Source: an uncultured Nitrospirota bacterium (GTDB lineage: Bacteria; Nitrospirota; Nitrospiria; 2-01-FULL-66-17). Taken from it: DNA of 64,000 nucleotides. Of this stretch, positions 50,118 through 59,305 are shown in pieces (position 1 is the first letter of the stretch; each line of letters begins with the position of its first letter). The stretch lies in contig CAZMYW010000027.1 of assembly GCA_964570625.1 (NCBI GenBank), forward strand, positions 285,510-349,509, given 5' to 3'. The notes beneath the pieces were generated by a model. That model was not told where the DNA came from. It was given only the letters and a program-made list of their open reading frames with translations, and did no database searches. The position numbers were made by a program, and so were the translations under genes.

Positions 50118-50345
50118 CAGACGGAGGATCGAGTTCTCGGCCTCCGGTTACCCACTCTGGATAATTTCGGCCAATCGGACGGCGCCATCGCTTCCCCGGT
50201 GGTCACCGATCCCGTTGATTACAGGCCACGCGCGCGTCGCGGGCGCCACGGCCTTCTTCTTGCTTCCGGAGATGAGGTTCCTCTCAGCACAGTTGGCAGT
50301 CATCGTTCACCCCGTCTGTGCGCAGACGGAGAAGGGGAGTACGAC

Positions 50346-50516
50346 ATGAGGGATTGGGGTCTGGTGGCGTTGTCCTTCGCGGCGATCAGCGGAGGATTGT
50401 CCTGGGTCGTGTACTTTGGGTGGGATTTGTACACCAGCGTCCCACCCGGCGCACACACGCCGCCGGTGAGTACGCCCAAGAAGGACCAAGGCCGCGAACA
50501 CCGGCACGCCGCGTAA
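50346..50516 (+). CDS. small hydrophobic protein (56 aa, one TM)
   Basis: ATG preceded by a GAAGGGGAG RBS. Product MRDWGLVALSFAAISGGLSWVVYFGWDLY... Followed by a strong terminator. Confidence 0.4.
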   Translation: MRDWGLVALSFAAISGGLSWVVYFGWDLYTSVPPGAHTPPVSTPKKDQGREHRHAA

Positions 50517-50533
50517 CAACCGGCCGAGTGTTC

Positions 50534-50579
50534 CACGCGGGCTCCAGTCCGGACGTCCGGACTGGAGCCCGCGTGTTTT
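50534..50579 (+). terminator. rho-independent terminator (19-bp perfect stem CACGCGGGCTCCAGTCCGG / CCGGACTGGAGCCCGCGTG, loop ACGT, then TTTT)
   Basis: Perfect inverted repeat 50534-50552 / 50557-50575 followed by a T-run. The U-tract is present on the + strand only. Confidence 0.7.
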
Positions 50580-50598
50580 GAACCGGTGACGATCGCGG

Positions 50599-51567
50599 TC
50601 ACCACCATCCACGTCGCCGAAAATATGCCGCCAAACCCACCCCCATCACTCCCATCGCCAGCAACACCGCCGGATAGCCCCAACGCCAGTGCAGTTCCGG
50701 CATGTCATCGAAGTTCATGCCGTAGATTCCCGTCACCACCGTCAACGGCAGCACCACGCTGGCGAACGCGGTGAGCACTTTCATGGTCTCATTCAGCCGA
50801 TTGGATACCACCGAGAGGTACGCATCCCGAACACCCGTCACCGTGTCCCGGTAAAACTCGGCCATCGACGAGACCTGAAAGAGATGATCGTACACGTCGC
50901 GAAAATACCACCGGGTGGTCTCTCCAATCTGCGGGAATGGCTCACGACTGAGCCGGTGGACGACTTCCCGCTGCAAGTGGGACAGCCGGACCAGATGGAG
51001 CAGCTGCCGCTTGACCGTAAACACCCGCCCTAAGAGACTGTGGTCGGGCTGACCCATGACCCGCTCCTCGAGATCATCGGTCACCGCGTCCAAGGTATCC
51101 AACAGCATCACGTACTGATCCGCGACCAGGTCGAGGGCGGCGTGGAGGAGGAAGTCCGTCCCTCGCTTGAATACCGCGGTATCTCGCTGGGCCTGCAACC
51201 GCAGGTCGGCGATGACGGAACATTCGCGGTCATGGACCGTGACCAGGAACTTGGTACTCAGGAAACAGTGCAATTCGGTGGTCTGCAACATCTCCGCGAC
51301 GGCGTCCTGATGGGGGCTATGGACGATCAAAAACAACACATCGCCGTAGTCATCCAGTTTTGGCAGTTCGTTCTGAATCCGGCAGTCTTCGATCGCCAGC
51401 GGATGAAAGTGGAAGACCGTGGCCAACAGGCCGAACTCCGCGTCGGTGGGCGACTCGATATCGACCCACACCCGGGCCGCCGGGTCGGCAAGCACCGCAG
51501 CGAGGCCCTCGGCATCGGCCGGCCCCGGGCCCACCGCCCCGTCCCGTATGACGACGGTGGTCAACAT
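50599..51567 (-). CDS. corA: magnesium/cobalt transporter CorA
   Basis: The GMN motif (YGMNF) lies between two C-terminal TM helices, with a CorA-like N-terminal cytoplasmic domain. Start at MLTTVV, 4 nt after the glnD stop. Confidence 0.85.
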   Translation of the reverse strand: MLTTVVIRDGAVGPGPADAEGLAAVLADPAARVWVDIESPTDAEFGLLATVFHFHPLAIEDCRIQNELPKLDDYGDVLFLIVHSPHQDAVAEMLQTTELHCFLSTKFLVTVHDRECSVIADLRLQAQRDTAVFKRGTDFLLHAALDLVADQYVMLLDTLDAVTDDLEERVMGQPDHSLLGRVFTVKRQLLHLVRLSHLQREVVHRLSREPFPQIGETTRWYFRDVYDHLFQVSSMAEFYRDTVTGVRDAYLSVVSNRLNETMKVLTAFASVVLPLTVVTGIYGMNFDDMPELHWRWGYPAVLLAMGVMGVGLAAYFRRRGWW

Positions 51568-51571
51568 CCGA

Positions 51572-54265
51572 TCACGTCGCGGCCTGTTCCGCGGTCGCGC
51601 CGCGGGGACCCACGACGGCGGCCGCCACATACGCATCGACCGCGTCGGTCAGGGTTCGTTTGATGCGGGCCAGTCGTTCACCGTCAAGGACTTTGCCGCC
51701 GCCGGTGTCCTGAACATAAAACACGTCCACGATCTGATCGACGCGGGTCGCGATCTTCGACGAGTGGATCGACAGTCCCAGGTCGAACAGCGTGCGGGTG
51801 ATGACGTAGAGCAACCCTTGAACGTCGGTGGCAAACACGTCGATGATCGTAAACCCGTCAGAGGTCTCGTTGTCGACCTCCACCTGCGTCGGTTCGGTGC
51901 CGTGCGGAAGCGGCCGGACGCGCGGCAAACGCGTCCCGCGCTTGAATAGATCCTCCACCCGCTGCCACCCCATCACCACGGCGCTGAGCGTGCGCTTCAG
52001 CTCGCCGATGCGGCTGGCAGGCGGTTCACTCGTGTAATCCGGGTCCTGAAACCGAAATGTGTCCACCACCACACCGTCGAGTCGCGTGAACACGTGGGCG
52101 CCGAGAATCTGGAAGCCGAGCGCAGCCAGACTCCCCGCCAGTTTGGAGAACAGTCCGGGGATGATCGAATCGAAGGTGGCCACGGTCAAGTCGGTGGCCT
52201 GCTGGTCCGCTTCCCAGCGGGTGTCCACGAGGACGCCGTCCGGCGGCAGCCGATACACCAGTTCCAGGTGCCCGACGATTTGCTCGGACGGCGTGACCAA
52301 GAAATAACGATCCGGCATGGCCTCGAACTGCCCCTCGAGCCACAACGAAGGCAACCGGTCTCCGAGCAGGTCACGCACCCCCGCCTCGACGCGTCGTCGA
52401 GCCGAGGCGTCGCCCGCGACCCGCCCGCCCGCCAACGCGTCCATCGCCCGGGTGTACAGGTCGTGGAGCAAATCCTGTTTCCACGCGGTCCAGGTGCCGG
52501 GACCCACCGCGGTGATGTCGGCGTAGGTAAACGCGAGAAACATCTGTAACAATTCCGGCTGGCCGGCCTGACGGGCGAATCGAACCAGGACCTTCTCGTC
52601 GCTCAGGTCGCGCCGAAACGCGATCTGCGACATCAGCAAATGATGCCGCACTAAAAACGTCAGCACCCCCCGCTCGTGCGCGTCGAACTCCAGTCGGTCA
52701 GCCACCCGCGAGGCGATTTCTTCGCCGATCAGACTGTGATCCCCGCCCTTACCTTTCCCGATGTCGTGCAGCAAAAGCGCCAGATGCAAGAGATCTTTGC
52801 GGTGGACCTCTCGGTAGACCGCGGCGATCGGCCCATCGGCGTCGGCCAGCGCGCAGGCGGCTTGGACCGCGCGGAGGCTGTGCACGTCGACCGTGAACTT
52901 ATGATACTGGTTGAACTGCATGAGTCCCCGCGCGGACGCGAACTCCGGCAACACCCGCTCCAGGATTCCCACCCGGTGCATGGCCTCCAGGGTGCGCCCC
53001 GCGCCGGACCCGGCGAACAAGGCGAACACCCGTCGCTGGATCGCGAAATTCGCATAAGCGTTCTCAGGCTGATTCGGCACGGCGCGATGGATGGCGTCGA
53101 GGGTGGACTCGGCGATCGGCCGCCCCTGTTCTTGCGCCACGGCGAACAACCCGATCACCGTGTCCGGATCCGCGGCCAGGGCCTCTCGGCGGCGTTCCGG
53201 CAACAACACGGCGTTGCGCGTGACCACGTACCGTCCCTGGATCTCGCGCGCGGTCACCGCGGTGACGAACCGACGCCAGCGGGTCGGGCGCTGCAAGTGA
53301 CGGAGAAACCGGTTGCCGGTCTGGTGCAGCGCGGTGGAAACGCGGTAATACTGCTGCATGAACCGCTCCACGCCGAGCATCTGTGGGCCGTCTTCGAACC
53401 CGAAGAACCCGGCCAGCCGGACCTGTTCGTCGAACGTCAACACGTCGCCCGCTTTGCCCGCGTGAAAATGCATCTCGTTGCGGACCGCCCAGAAAAAGTC
53501 CCGGGCCTCGATCAAGTCGCGATGCTCGATATCGGTCAGCAACCCGCGTCCCACCAGCTCGGCCCACGACGTCGTGCCATAGCCGGCTCGCGCCAGCCAT
53601 CCAATATAGTGTAGGTCGCGCAGGCCGCCCTTACTCTTTTTGAGATCCGGCTCCAACAAGTACACGGTGGACCCGTAGCGCTGGTACCCCGCGTCTCGCT
53701 CGGCGAGTTTCTGCGCGATATACGTGCGGCCGTCCTTCCGCAGTTGAGCGGCGACCGAGTGTTCGAACTCCTCGAAGAGTCCTCGGTCCCCCGCCAGCCA
53801 TCGGGCTTCGAGCAGCGCGGTCCGGATCGAGACATCGCGCCGGCCCAACTCCAGGCAATCACGGATCCGACGAACGCTGTGCCCCACGGTGTACCCGAGA
53901 TCCCACAGCGCGTGGAGCACGCCTTTGCTGACCGCCAACCCCTCGCCGCGAGCCGGGGGGTCGAAGAGGAACATGACGTCCACGTCCGACGCGGGAAACA
54001 GCTCGCCACGCCCGTATCCCCCGACCGCCACCACGGCGCACCCCGACCCGTGGCGATCCACGTCCTCGGGCGCAACCGTCCCACGGTACAGCGCGGCCAC
54101 TACCGCGTCCATGAGCGCGGAAAGGCCGGCGACCGTGTCCGCCCCGCACCGGCGCTCATGGTGGTCGCGACGAAGCCGTTCACGCTGCTCCGCGACGACC
54201 TCGCGCAAACGTCCCGCGTCATGACTCGCGGCAATCACCGCGTCTCGATCCACTCGATTGATCAT
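51572..54265 (-). CDS. glnD: [protein-PII] uridylyltransferase / uridylyl-removing enzyme
   Basis: Nucleotidyltransferase domain (GGYGRGELFPASDVDVMFL), an HD domain (HLALLLHDIGKGKGGDH) and two C-terminal ACT domains. 897 aa. Confidence 0.9.
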   Translation of the reverse strand: MINRVDRDAVIAASHDAGRLREVVAEQRERLRRDHHERRCGADTVAGLSALMDAVVAALYRGTVAPEDVDRHGSGCAVVAVGGYGRGELFPASDVDVMFLFDPPARGEGLAVSKGVLHALWDLGYTVGHSVRRIRDCLELGRRDVSIRTALLEARWLAGDRGLFEEFEHSVAAQLRKDGRTYIAQKLAERDAGYQRYGSTVYLLEPDLKKSKGGLRDLHYIGWLARAGYGTTSWAELVGRGLLTDIEHRDLIEARDFFWAVRNEMHFHAGKAGDVLTFDEQVRLAGFFGFEDGPQMLGVERFMQQYYRVSTALHQTGNRFLRHLQRPTRWRRFVTAVTAREIQGRYVVTRNAVLLPERRREALAADPDTVIGLFAVAQEQGRPIAESTLDAIHRAVPNQPENAYANFAIQRRVFALFAGSGAGRTLEAMHRVGILERVLPEFASARGLMQFNQYHKFTVDVHSLRAVQAACALADADGPIAAVYREVHRKDLLHLALLLHDIGKGKGGDHSLIGEEIASRVADRLEFDAHERGVLTFLVRHHLLMSQIAFRRDLSDEKVLVRFARQAGQPELLQMFLAFTYADITAVGPGTWTAWKQDLLHDLYTRAMDALAGGRVAGDASARRRVEAGVRDLLGDRLPSLWLEGQFEAMPDRYFLVTPSEQIVGHLELVYRLPPDGVLVDTRWEADQQATDLTVATFDSIIPGLFSKLAGSLAALGFQILGAHVFTRLDGVVVDTFRFQDPDYTSEPPASRIGELKRTLSAVVMGWQRVEDLFKRGTRLPRVRPLPHGTEPTQVEVDNETSDGFTIIDVFATDVQGLLYVITRTLFDLGLSIHSSKIATRVDQIVDVFYVQDTGGGKVLDGERLARIKRTLTDAVDAYVAAAVVGPRGATAEQAAT

Positions 54266-54336
54266 TGACTTTTGACCGAGTAATACGGCAGTCTACAGCA
54301 TTATAGTTTCATCAACCCCTGCAGGAAAGGACGACT

Positions 54337-54759
54337 ATGACGGCTTCGCGGATCACCCCCCCGATAACCGCTGCGCCGGCCACCGGGGCCTGTTCCACGT
54401 GTGACCAGATCGTCGCGCGTTTTGCCGGAGCCGGCATCCGGCCGTTGCGCGTGGCGATCAAATGCCGCCGTTGCGGATCCGTCCACCGTCATCCCTCCCC
54501 GCCGCCCGCGCCTCCGATCAAAACCCGCCGAAGTTCGAAAGCCGCGGCGGCGATTGCCCACGAAGTCGCGTATGAGCGCCTGCTCGCGGTGACCTCGGGT
54601 CGCAAGAGCCGCCCCTACTCGGTGTCCGGTGCCTTTCGCGCTCACGATGTGATTGAACATTCGACGTTTGGGCTGGGAGTGGTTACGCATCTGCTCGCCG
54701 GAGACAAGATTCAAGTCGTGTTCAAGAACGGGGACAAACTGCTCGTCTGCCGCCGCTAG
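54337..54759 (+). CDS. hypothetical protein with N-terminal CxxC..CxxC zinc ribbon
   Basis: AGGAAAGG RBS. CSTCDQIV...CRRCGSV ribbon. The C-terminal half has non-low-complexity composition. Confidence 0.45.
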   Translation: MTASRITPPITAAPATGACSTCDQIVARFAGAGIRPLRVAIKCRRCGSVHRHPSPPPAPPIKTRRSSKAAAAIAHEVAYERLLAVTSGRKSRPYSVSGAFRAHDVIEHSTFGLGVVTHLLAGDKIQVVFKNGDKLLVCRR

Positions 54760-54918
54760 ACACGCATCCGGATCGTCGCCTGTCCAGGCCCGGGCCGGAT
54801 GCGAGCCGGATCGCACACGGAAACGCGTTCCGCGCCGCTTGATAACCCGATCAAATGATCGTTCCTCTCGCTTGACGACGCAGGCGCTGCAACAACGCCG
54901 CGGGACGGATCGAGACGG

Positions 54919-55329
54919 TCAGCGCCGCGCCCGTGTTGTCCGGGCCGGTCGTCGCTTGGCAGGCCGAGCGGCCGGACGTGCCGGCTTGGTCGGAGGCGGA
55001 GGCGCCACATACGCCGCCAACGCAGGGTGTGTCTCGGGATCAATGGAGTGTGTCCACGTCAACCCCACCAGGAACCCTCGCGGCGAGGGTGCGAGCCACG
55101 CGACCACCCCCGACAGTTTTTCTTGGGTGGGAGCTCCGGCCTGATCGAGAAAGGCCATGGTCACGGTGACCGCTTCGTTCGGCGGGATGGCCTCTGGAAC
55201 CCGCAGACCGGCTCCGGTCGCACTCACGTTGGTCACCACCGCCGTTAAGGCCCGTCCACCGGACCCCGGAATGACCAGCGTCGTGCCCGTAAGCGTGACG
55301 CGACGTGCCGTTCGTTTTTCCGTAATCAT
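54919..55329 (-). CDS. stand-alone PilZ-domain protein with Pro/Ala/Arg-rich tail
   Basis: RTARRVTL (RxxxR) and NVSATGAGL (D/NxSxxG) c-di-GMP-binding motifs. Start trimmed to MITEKR. Confidence 0.6.
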   Translation of the reverse strand: MITEKRTARRVTLTGTTLVIPGSGGRALTAVVTNVSATGAGLRVPEAIPPNEAVTVTMAFLDQAGAPTQEKLSGVVAWLAPSPRGFLVGLTWTHSIDPETHPALAAYVAPPPPTKPARPAARPAKRRPARTTRARR

Positions 55330-55596
55330 ACCAACCCCCTCATTGAGAGAATCGCCGGTCCCGGCGCTCGGCTGAGCGCGAGGGGACCCGTCCGTTCCGC
55401 CAACGGACACTGCCCGGCCCACCACTGAAACCCTTCAATCGATCGTCTACCCTGACGCGGTGTGTCCCCGATCCGACCAAGCGCCGCGAGCATACCACAA
55501 CCTCGCGGCGACGAGAAGGCTTGTTCCGACTCGGGAAACCGTGTATGATCGCTCGGTTCCATCAACGACAACCCCGACTGATACCGACGGAGCACC

Positions 55597-55929
55597 ATGT
55601 CAACGACCAATCATCTGACCCCGACGCAACACCCCTCGTCCCGTGAGGATCACCGGACGTCGGAGGACCTCAGCGTGGAACAAGAATCCCTGCTCCAACA
55701 CCTGCGGACCGAGTTGCAACAAACCCGCCAAGAACTGGAAGCGCTTCGCGCGACCGTCGAGCATCTGGTGGCGCAAAGCGTCGCGACCTGCAAGAAGTGC
55801 GGCGCGACCTACGACATATTTCGCCATCATTATAGCATCGGATTGTTCGACAATATCGTCTATGTGAAGTGCCCGCAGTGTCAGACCCCCATGCCGGTCG
55901 ATCCCCGCCTCGGTGTCCAGCCGGAGTGA
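55597..55929 (+). CDS. hypothetical zinc-ribbon protein
   Basis: CKKCGATYDI...CPQCQTP ribbon after a coiled-coil segment. GTGA-coupled to the next gene. Confidence 0.45.
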   Translation: MSTTNHLTPTQHPSSREDHRTSEDLSVEQESLLQHLRTELQQTRQELEALRATVEHLVAQSVATCKKCGATYDIFRHHYSIGLFDNIVYVKCPQCQTPMPVDPRLGVQPE

Positions 55930-56321
55930 CCGCCTCCGTGATCCGCGCCGACAAGCTGTACGCCGGTCTTACCTGGGACCTCTACAAGGAGCACATCAAA
56001 AAGTTTTCGCATGCCGCGGTCAAGGGGCTGCCCACAGAAAACGAAATGAAGGAGACCTTGGCGTCGCTCGTGGACACGTCCACCGTCAAGGTGCTGACCC
56101 AGGAGAAGGTCGGGATGGTGGTCACGTTCCACTGGCTCGACACGTTTCCGGCGTTCGACGTCTGTGAGGTCACCGACGTCAAAGGCTTCCTGAGCCAGCG
56201 GTACGGCGGGGGAAAATTCAAGTTGAACCTGTACCACGGCATCAACTTTCTTTCGACCAAGAACTGGGAGACCGAAGGCCCTCCGCTGTGGAAGACGATG
56301 ATCCGGACTCCGGAGGAGTAA
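55926..56321 (+). CDS. hypothetical protein (131 aa)
   Basis: GTG start overlaps the upstream TGA stop. It ends 4 nt before the cytochrome c gene. Confidence 0.45.
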   Translation: MTASVIRADKLYAGLTWDLYKEHIKKFSHAAVKGLPTENEMKETLASLVDTSTVKVLTQEKVGMVVTFHWLDTFPAFDVCEVTDVKGFLSQRYGGGKFKLNLYHGINFLSTKNWETEGPPLWKTMIRTPEE

Positions 56322-56324
56322 CCC

Positions 56325-56807
56325 GTGTCCAAGGCCGTGTATCAATTGTTCGTGGTTTTCGTGCTCTTTTCCGGGGTCATCTACCTGTTGTTGATGATCA
56401 GCCCGGATCAGCCGGCGTCACGAGCCGGCGAACGCGACATCACCATCCCACGTGCGCCGGGTGAGGCCAAACAGATCGCGAACCCGTTCCCCTTGAGCAA
56501 CGAGGTGCTGCTCGAAGGCGAACAAATTTACCAGACCAAAGGCACGTGTTTTACCTGCCACGGAACCTCCGGAAGGGGCGACGGCCCGGCCGGCCTGGAA
56601 CTCAACCCAAGACCCCGCAACTTCATCAATCCCCAGTTCCACGAACTCCGGACCGACGGCGAAATGTTCTGGGTGATCCGCAACGGGAGCCCCGGTTCAC
56701 GGATGTTTTCCTACTCCCCGTCGGTGATCACCGAAGACGAAGCCTGGAAGGTCATCCACTACATCCGAACCCTTCCCACCAGGAACGCGGGATCCGCCCC
56801 CGGTTAG
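56325..56807 (+). CDS. membrane-anchored mono-heme class I c-type cytochrome
   Basis: N-terminal TM helix, heme site CFTCHG and a distal Met region (FSYSP...). 160 aa. Confidence 0.8.
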   Translation: MSKAVYQLFVVFVLFSGVIYLLLMISPDQPASRAGERDITIPRAPGEAKQIANPFPLSNEVLLEGEQIYQTKGTCFTCHGTSGRGDGPAGLELNPRPRNFINPQFHELRTDGEMFWVIRNGSPGSRMFSYSPSVITEDEAWKVIHYIRTLPTRNAGSAPG

Positions 56808-56838
56808 AACACCGCTAGCAGTACCCTCGGGCGACACG

Positions 56839-57019
56839 CAGGCTGCTCAAAAAGCTCCAGCTGCCAGGCCGCAGGGAGGAGGAAACCGGAGCGTACTGGG
56901 TCGTACGCGAGGGCGAGTGGCGCCACGAAGAAGTGGCGCCAAGCCACGAGCGCCGAGACGGTAAGGCGGCCGGCACATCGCAGTACTGCACGCAGCAGAT
57001 GGACTTTTTCAGCAGCCTG
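56839..57019. repeat. MITE-like element copy L (181 bp) with 16-bp terminal inverted repeats CAGGCTGCTCAAAAAG / CTTTTTCAGCAGCCTG
   Basis: The TIRs are seen directly. An internal core of about 55 bp is shared with copy R in the opposite orientation. The right TIR abuts the stop codon of the 57020..59056 gene. Confidence 0.6.
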
Positions 57020-59056
57020 TTAGTCCTGGATGTCGCGGGTGGTGAAGGGCCGCGCCGGTTCCGCCCCCAGAATCCGTCGCAGAATCGAATTCAGCGTCAC
57101 CGGGTCGTTGTCGAACCCGCCGTGCGTCGTACTGCGCGAGGTGCTGGCCGCACCGTGACCACGCCCGGCGATCACCAGCGCCGGGAGTCCTCCGACCATA
57201 CGCTGTACCACCTTGTAGACCTCGTCGTCGGCCCCGAGAAATTTCTCCATCCCGAGAATCGGCACGCCGCGGCGCCCCTCAAAGGCGTTGCTGACCAGAT
57301 AGAGCAATGACTTCCCGTACGGCCCCACGGAATCGGCCCGCTCGGCTTCATCCCCGAGCAAGAAGAGGCTCGGGATCGGGCACCGGCCCTCCCGGATAAC
57401 GGGCAGCACCAGTCGCTTGAATAACGCGACCGTGATCGCGGGCGCCATGAAGTGCAGGCTCTTGATCGGTATCCCCAAGGCGGTGAGGTGCGGCAGGGCG
57501 TGCGCGGCGAAGATGCACCCGGCGCTGTGGCCCACCACGTGGAGTTCCCAGCGTCGTCGCTCGGACTCGCCCGCGCGTTTGAGCGCGGCCTGGCCGTGCC
57601 GCGCCAGCATGGCCATCCCGCCCCGCCTGGCCGGATGCTCCGAGGCCAGCCGCGCGTTTTCTTTCATCTCGTTCCACAACGCGGTTCCGGGAACCGCCGC
57701 GGTCAGCTCGATCGACCGGTCTTTGGCCTCGAGCAGGCCCTCGCGCAAGCGATGCATCCACTCCGCGGCCCCGGCTCGTTGGTCGACGTCGGTGAACAGG
57801 TCGCGGATCATCCCGTTGAGCGACTCCACCACCCCCGACTCCCACATCACGTGGAGCGGGTAGATCTCGTTGGCCAGCAACACGTCGCGAAACGCCACGA
57901 CCCGTCGCGCCACCGCCTGCTCGTCGTTGAGCCCGCCGTGCAGATACAGCAACACCCGACGTTTGGACCAGGTCTTCGCGGCCGCGGGAATGACGTCGTC
58001 GAACAGCCGTGCGAGGTCTTGTTCGGTGGTCCAGTACTCGCCGGACATGGACAACTCCCCGTTGTTGCCCACATCGATCACATAGGGACGGATCGCCGCC
58101 AGCGGAATCGCTTGGCTGGCCCGCTGCAGGCCTTCAGTGGTGTCGGTCGCCCCCGCGGCCCAGAGATCCACCGCCACCGGCACGCCGAGTTGCGCCACCC
58201 AGACGTCGGTGGTGTGCAACAGATAGTCTTCATACGGCAGCAGCGCAAAACCCTCGGCGCCCCACCGGCGGCCCCAGGAGTTCTGGACGATGAACCCCTG
58301 CGAGGTATACCCCACGATGGCCACCGCGTGCCCGCTGTCGGCCCGTCCTTTGCGCGCGATCACGGGCAACTCGCGCTGCCGCACCATCCCGCCCGATCGG
58401 TAGGAGAGCTTGACCTTGCGGGGCCCGGGGGTGTCCCACCCCGCGTGCACCATGAGTGTGGCGTACAAGACGCCGACCTCGTTGAGTGCCGCGTGCATGT
58501 CGCGCACCTGGCGGTGCATGACGCGATAATACGCGCCACCCGGCGTCGCGAGCGCCTCGTCCGCGATCGCCGGCGTAAAATGGTGCACACCGCGCCGGTC
58601 TTTGGGCCACGAGCGTTCGCCGCACACGCCGTGGCGCACCCAGCCCTTGATCGTGCCGCGCGCCGACGAGCCTTCGTACTGCTCGCCCGGCCATTCGTCG
58701 TACCGGCGCGCCAGTTCGTAGAGCATCCGAGCGCTGACCCGCCTCACCACCTTGCGCTGGTTCAGCAGAAAGTTGATCGCCGCGGCCAGCGCGTAGCCGG
58801 TGCAGGCGCCCTCGGCACCCTGATCCAGAATCTCGGGCACCGCGTCGCAGTTGATCAATTGATCGGGAAGCGGGATCAGCCGGGGCTGATAAAACCAGTC
58901 ACGAACGTCGATGCGATCCGGAAATGCGTCGAGGAACCGCCCCATGCGCTGCCCCGCAGAGGTCGCACCCTCCGGCCGAGAGGCCGGTTGACGCGCAGCC
59001 GGTCGAGGCGGACGGGTACGCGATCGAGCCGACGCGGAGCGGTGTTTGGCGACCAT
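57020..59056 (-). CDS. cytoplasmic two-domain enzyme: N-terminal papain-like (C1) cysteine peptidase domain fused to a C-terminal alpha/beta-hydrolase (esterase/lipase-like) domain
   Basis: C1 motifs are IDVRDW, DQGAEGACTGYALAAAI (Gln/Cys), GHAVAIVGY (His) and VQNSWGRRWGAEGF (Asn/Trp). The alpha/beta domain carries LYLHGG (oxyanion hole) and HVVGHSAGC (GxSxG). There is no signal peptide. AAGGAG RBS 5 nt before the ATG at 59056. The N-terminal 37 residues are basic and Pro-rich. Confidence 0.8.
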   Translation of the reverse strand: MVAKHRSASARSRTRPPRPAARQPASRPEGATSAGQRMGRFLDAFPDRIDVRDWFYQPRLIPLPDQLINCDAVPEILDQGAEGACTGYALAAAINFLLNQRKVVRRVSARMLYELARRYDEWPGEQYEGSSARGTIKGWVRHGVCGERSWPKDRRGVHHFTPAIADEALATPGGAYYRVMHRQVRDMHAALNEVGVLYATLMVHAGWDTPGPRKVKLSYRSGGMVRQRELPVIARKGRADSGHAVAIVGYTSQGFIVQNSWGRRWGAEGFALLPYEDYLLHTTDVWVAQLGVPVAVDLWAAGATDTTEGLQRASQAIPLAAIRPYVIDVGNNGELSMSGEYWTTEQDLARLFDDVIPAAAKTWSKRRVLLYLHGGLNDEQAVARRVVAFRDVLLANEIYPLHVMWESGVVESLNGMIRDLFTDVDQRAGAAEWMHRLREGLLEAKDRSIELTAAVPGTALWNEMKENARLASEHPARRGGMAMLARHGQAALKRAGESERRRWELHVVGHSAGCIFAAHALPHLTALGIPIKSLHFMAPAITVALFKRLVLPVIREGRCPIPSLFLLGDEAERADSVGPYGKSLLYLVSNAFEGRRGVPILGMEKFLGADDEVYKVVQRMVGGLPALVIAGRGHGAASTSRSTTHGGFDNDPVTLNSILRRILGAEPARPFTTRDIQD

Positions 59057-59180
59057 GAGACTCCTTTCCCAGATGGAACGAGCCGACGATCAGTCGCACA
59101 ACTCAAGGAAGGTAACGGCAAGAGCATTAGCAAACAGCCGCCGCGAAGTCAAGCAAGTTATTTCGAGATGGAATATCCCT

Positions 59181-59303
59181 GCAGGCTGCTGAAAAAGGCC
59201 CATCTGCTGCGTTCTCGGTCGTCGGAAATCCTCACGTACGACCCAGTACGCTCCGGTTTTCCTCCTTCCTGCGGCCTTGCAGCTGGGCCTTTTTGAGCAG
59301 CCT
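59181..59303. repeat. MITE-like element copy R (123 bp), inverted relative to copy L; TIRs CAGGCTGCTGAAAAAG / CTTTTTGAGCAGCCTC
   Basis: The reverse complement aligns with copy L across the TIR, the 55-bp core (..CCGGAGCGTACTGGGTCGTACG) and a distal GCAGCAGATGG block. Copy L carries an extra 88-bp internal segment. Confidence 0.6.
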
Positions 59304-59305
59304 CC

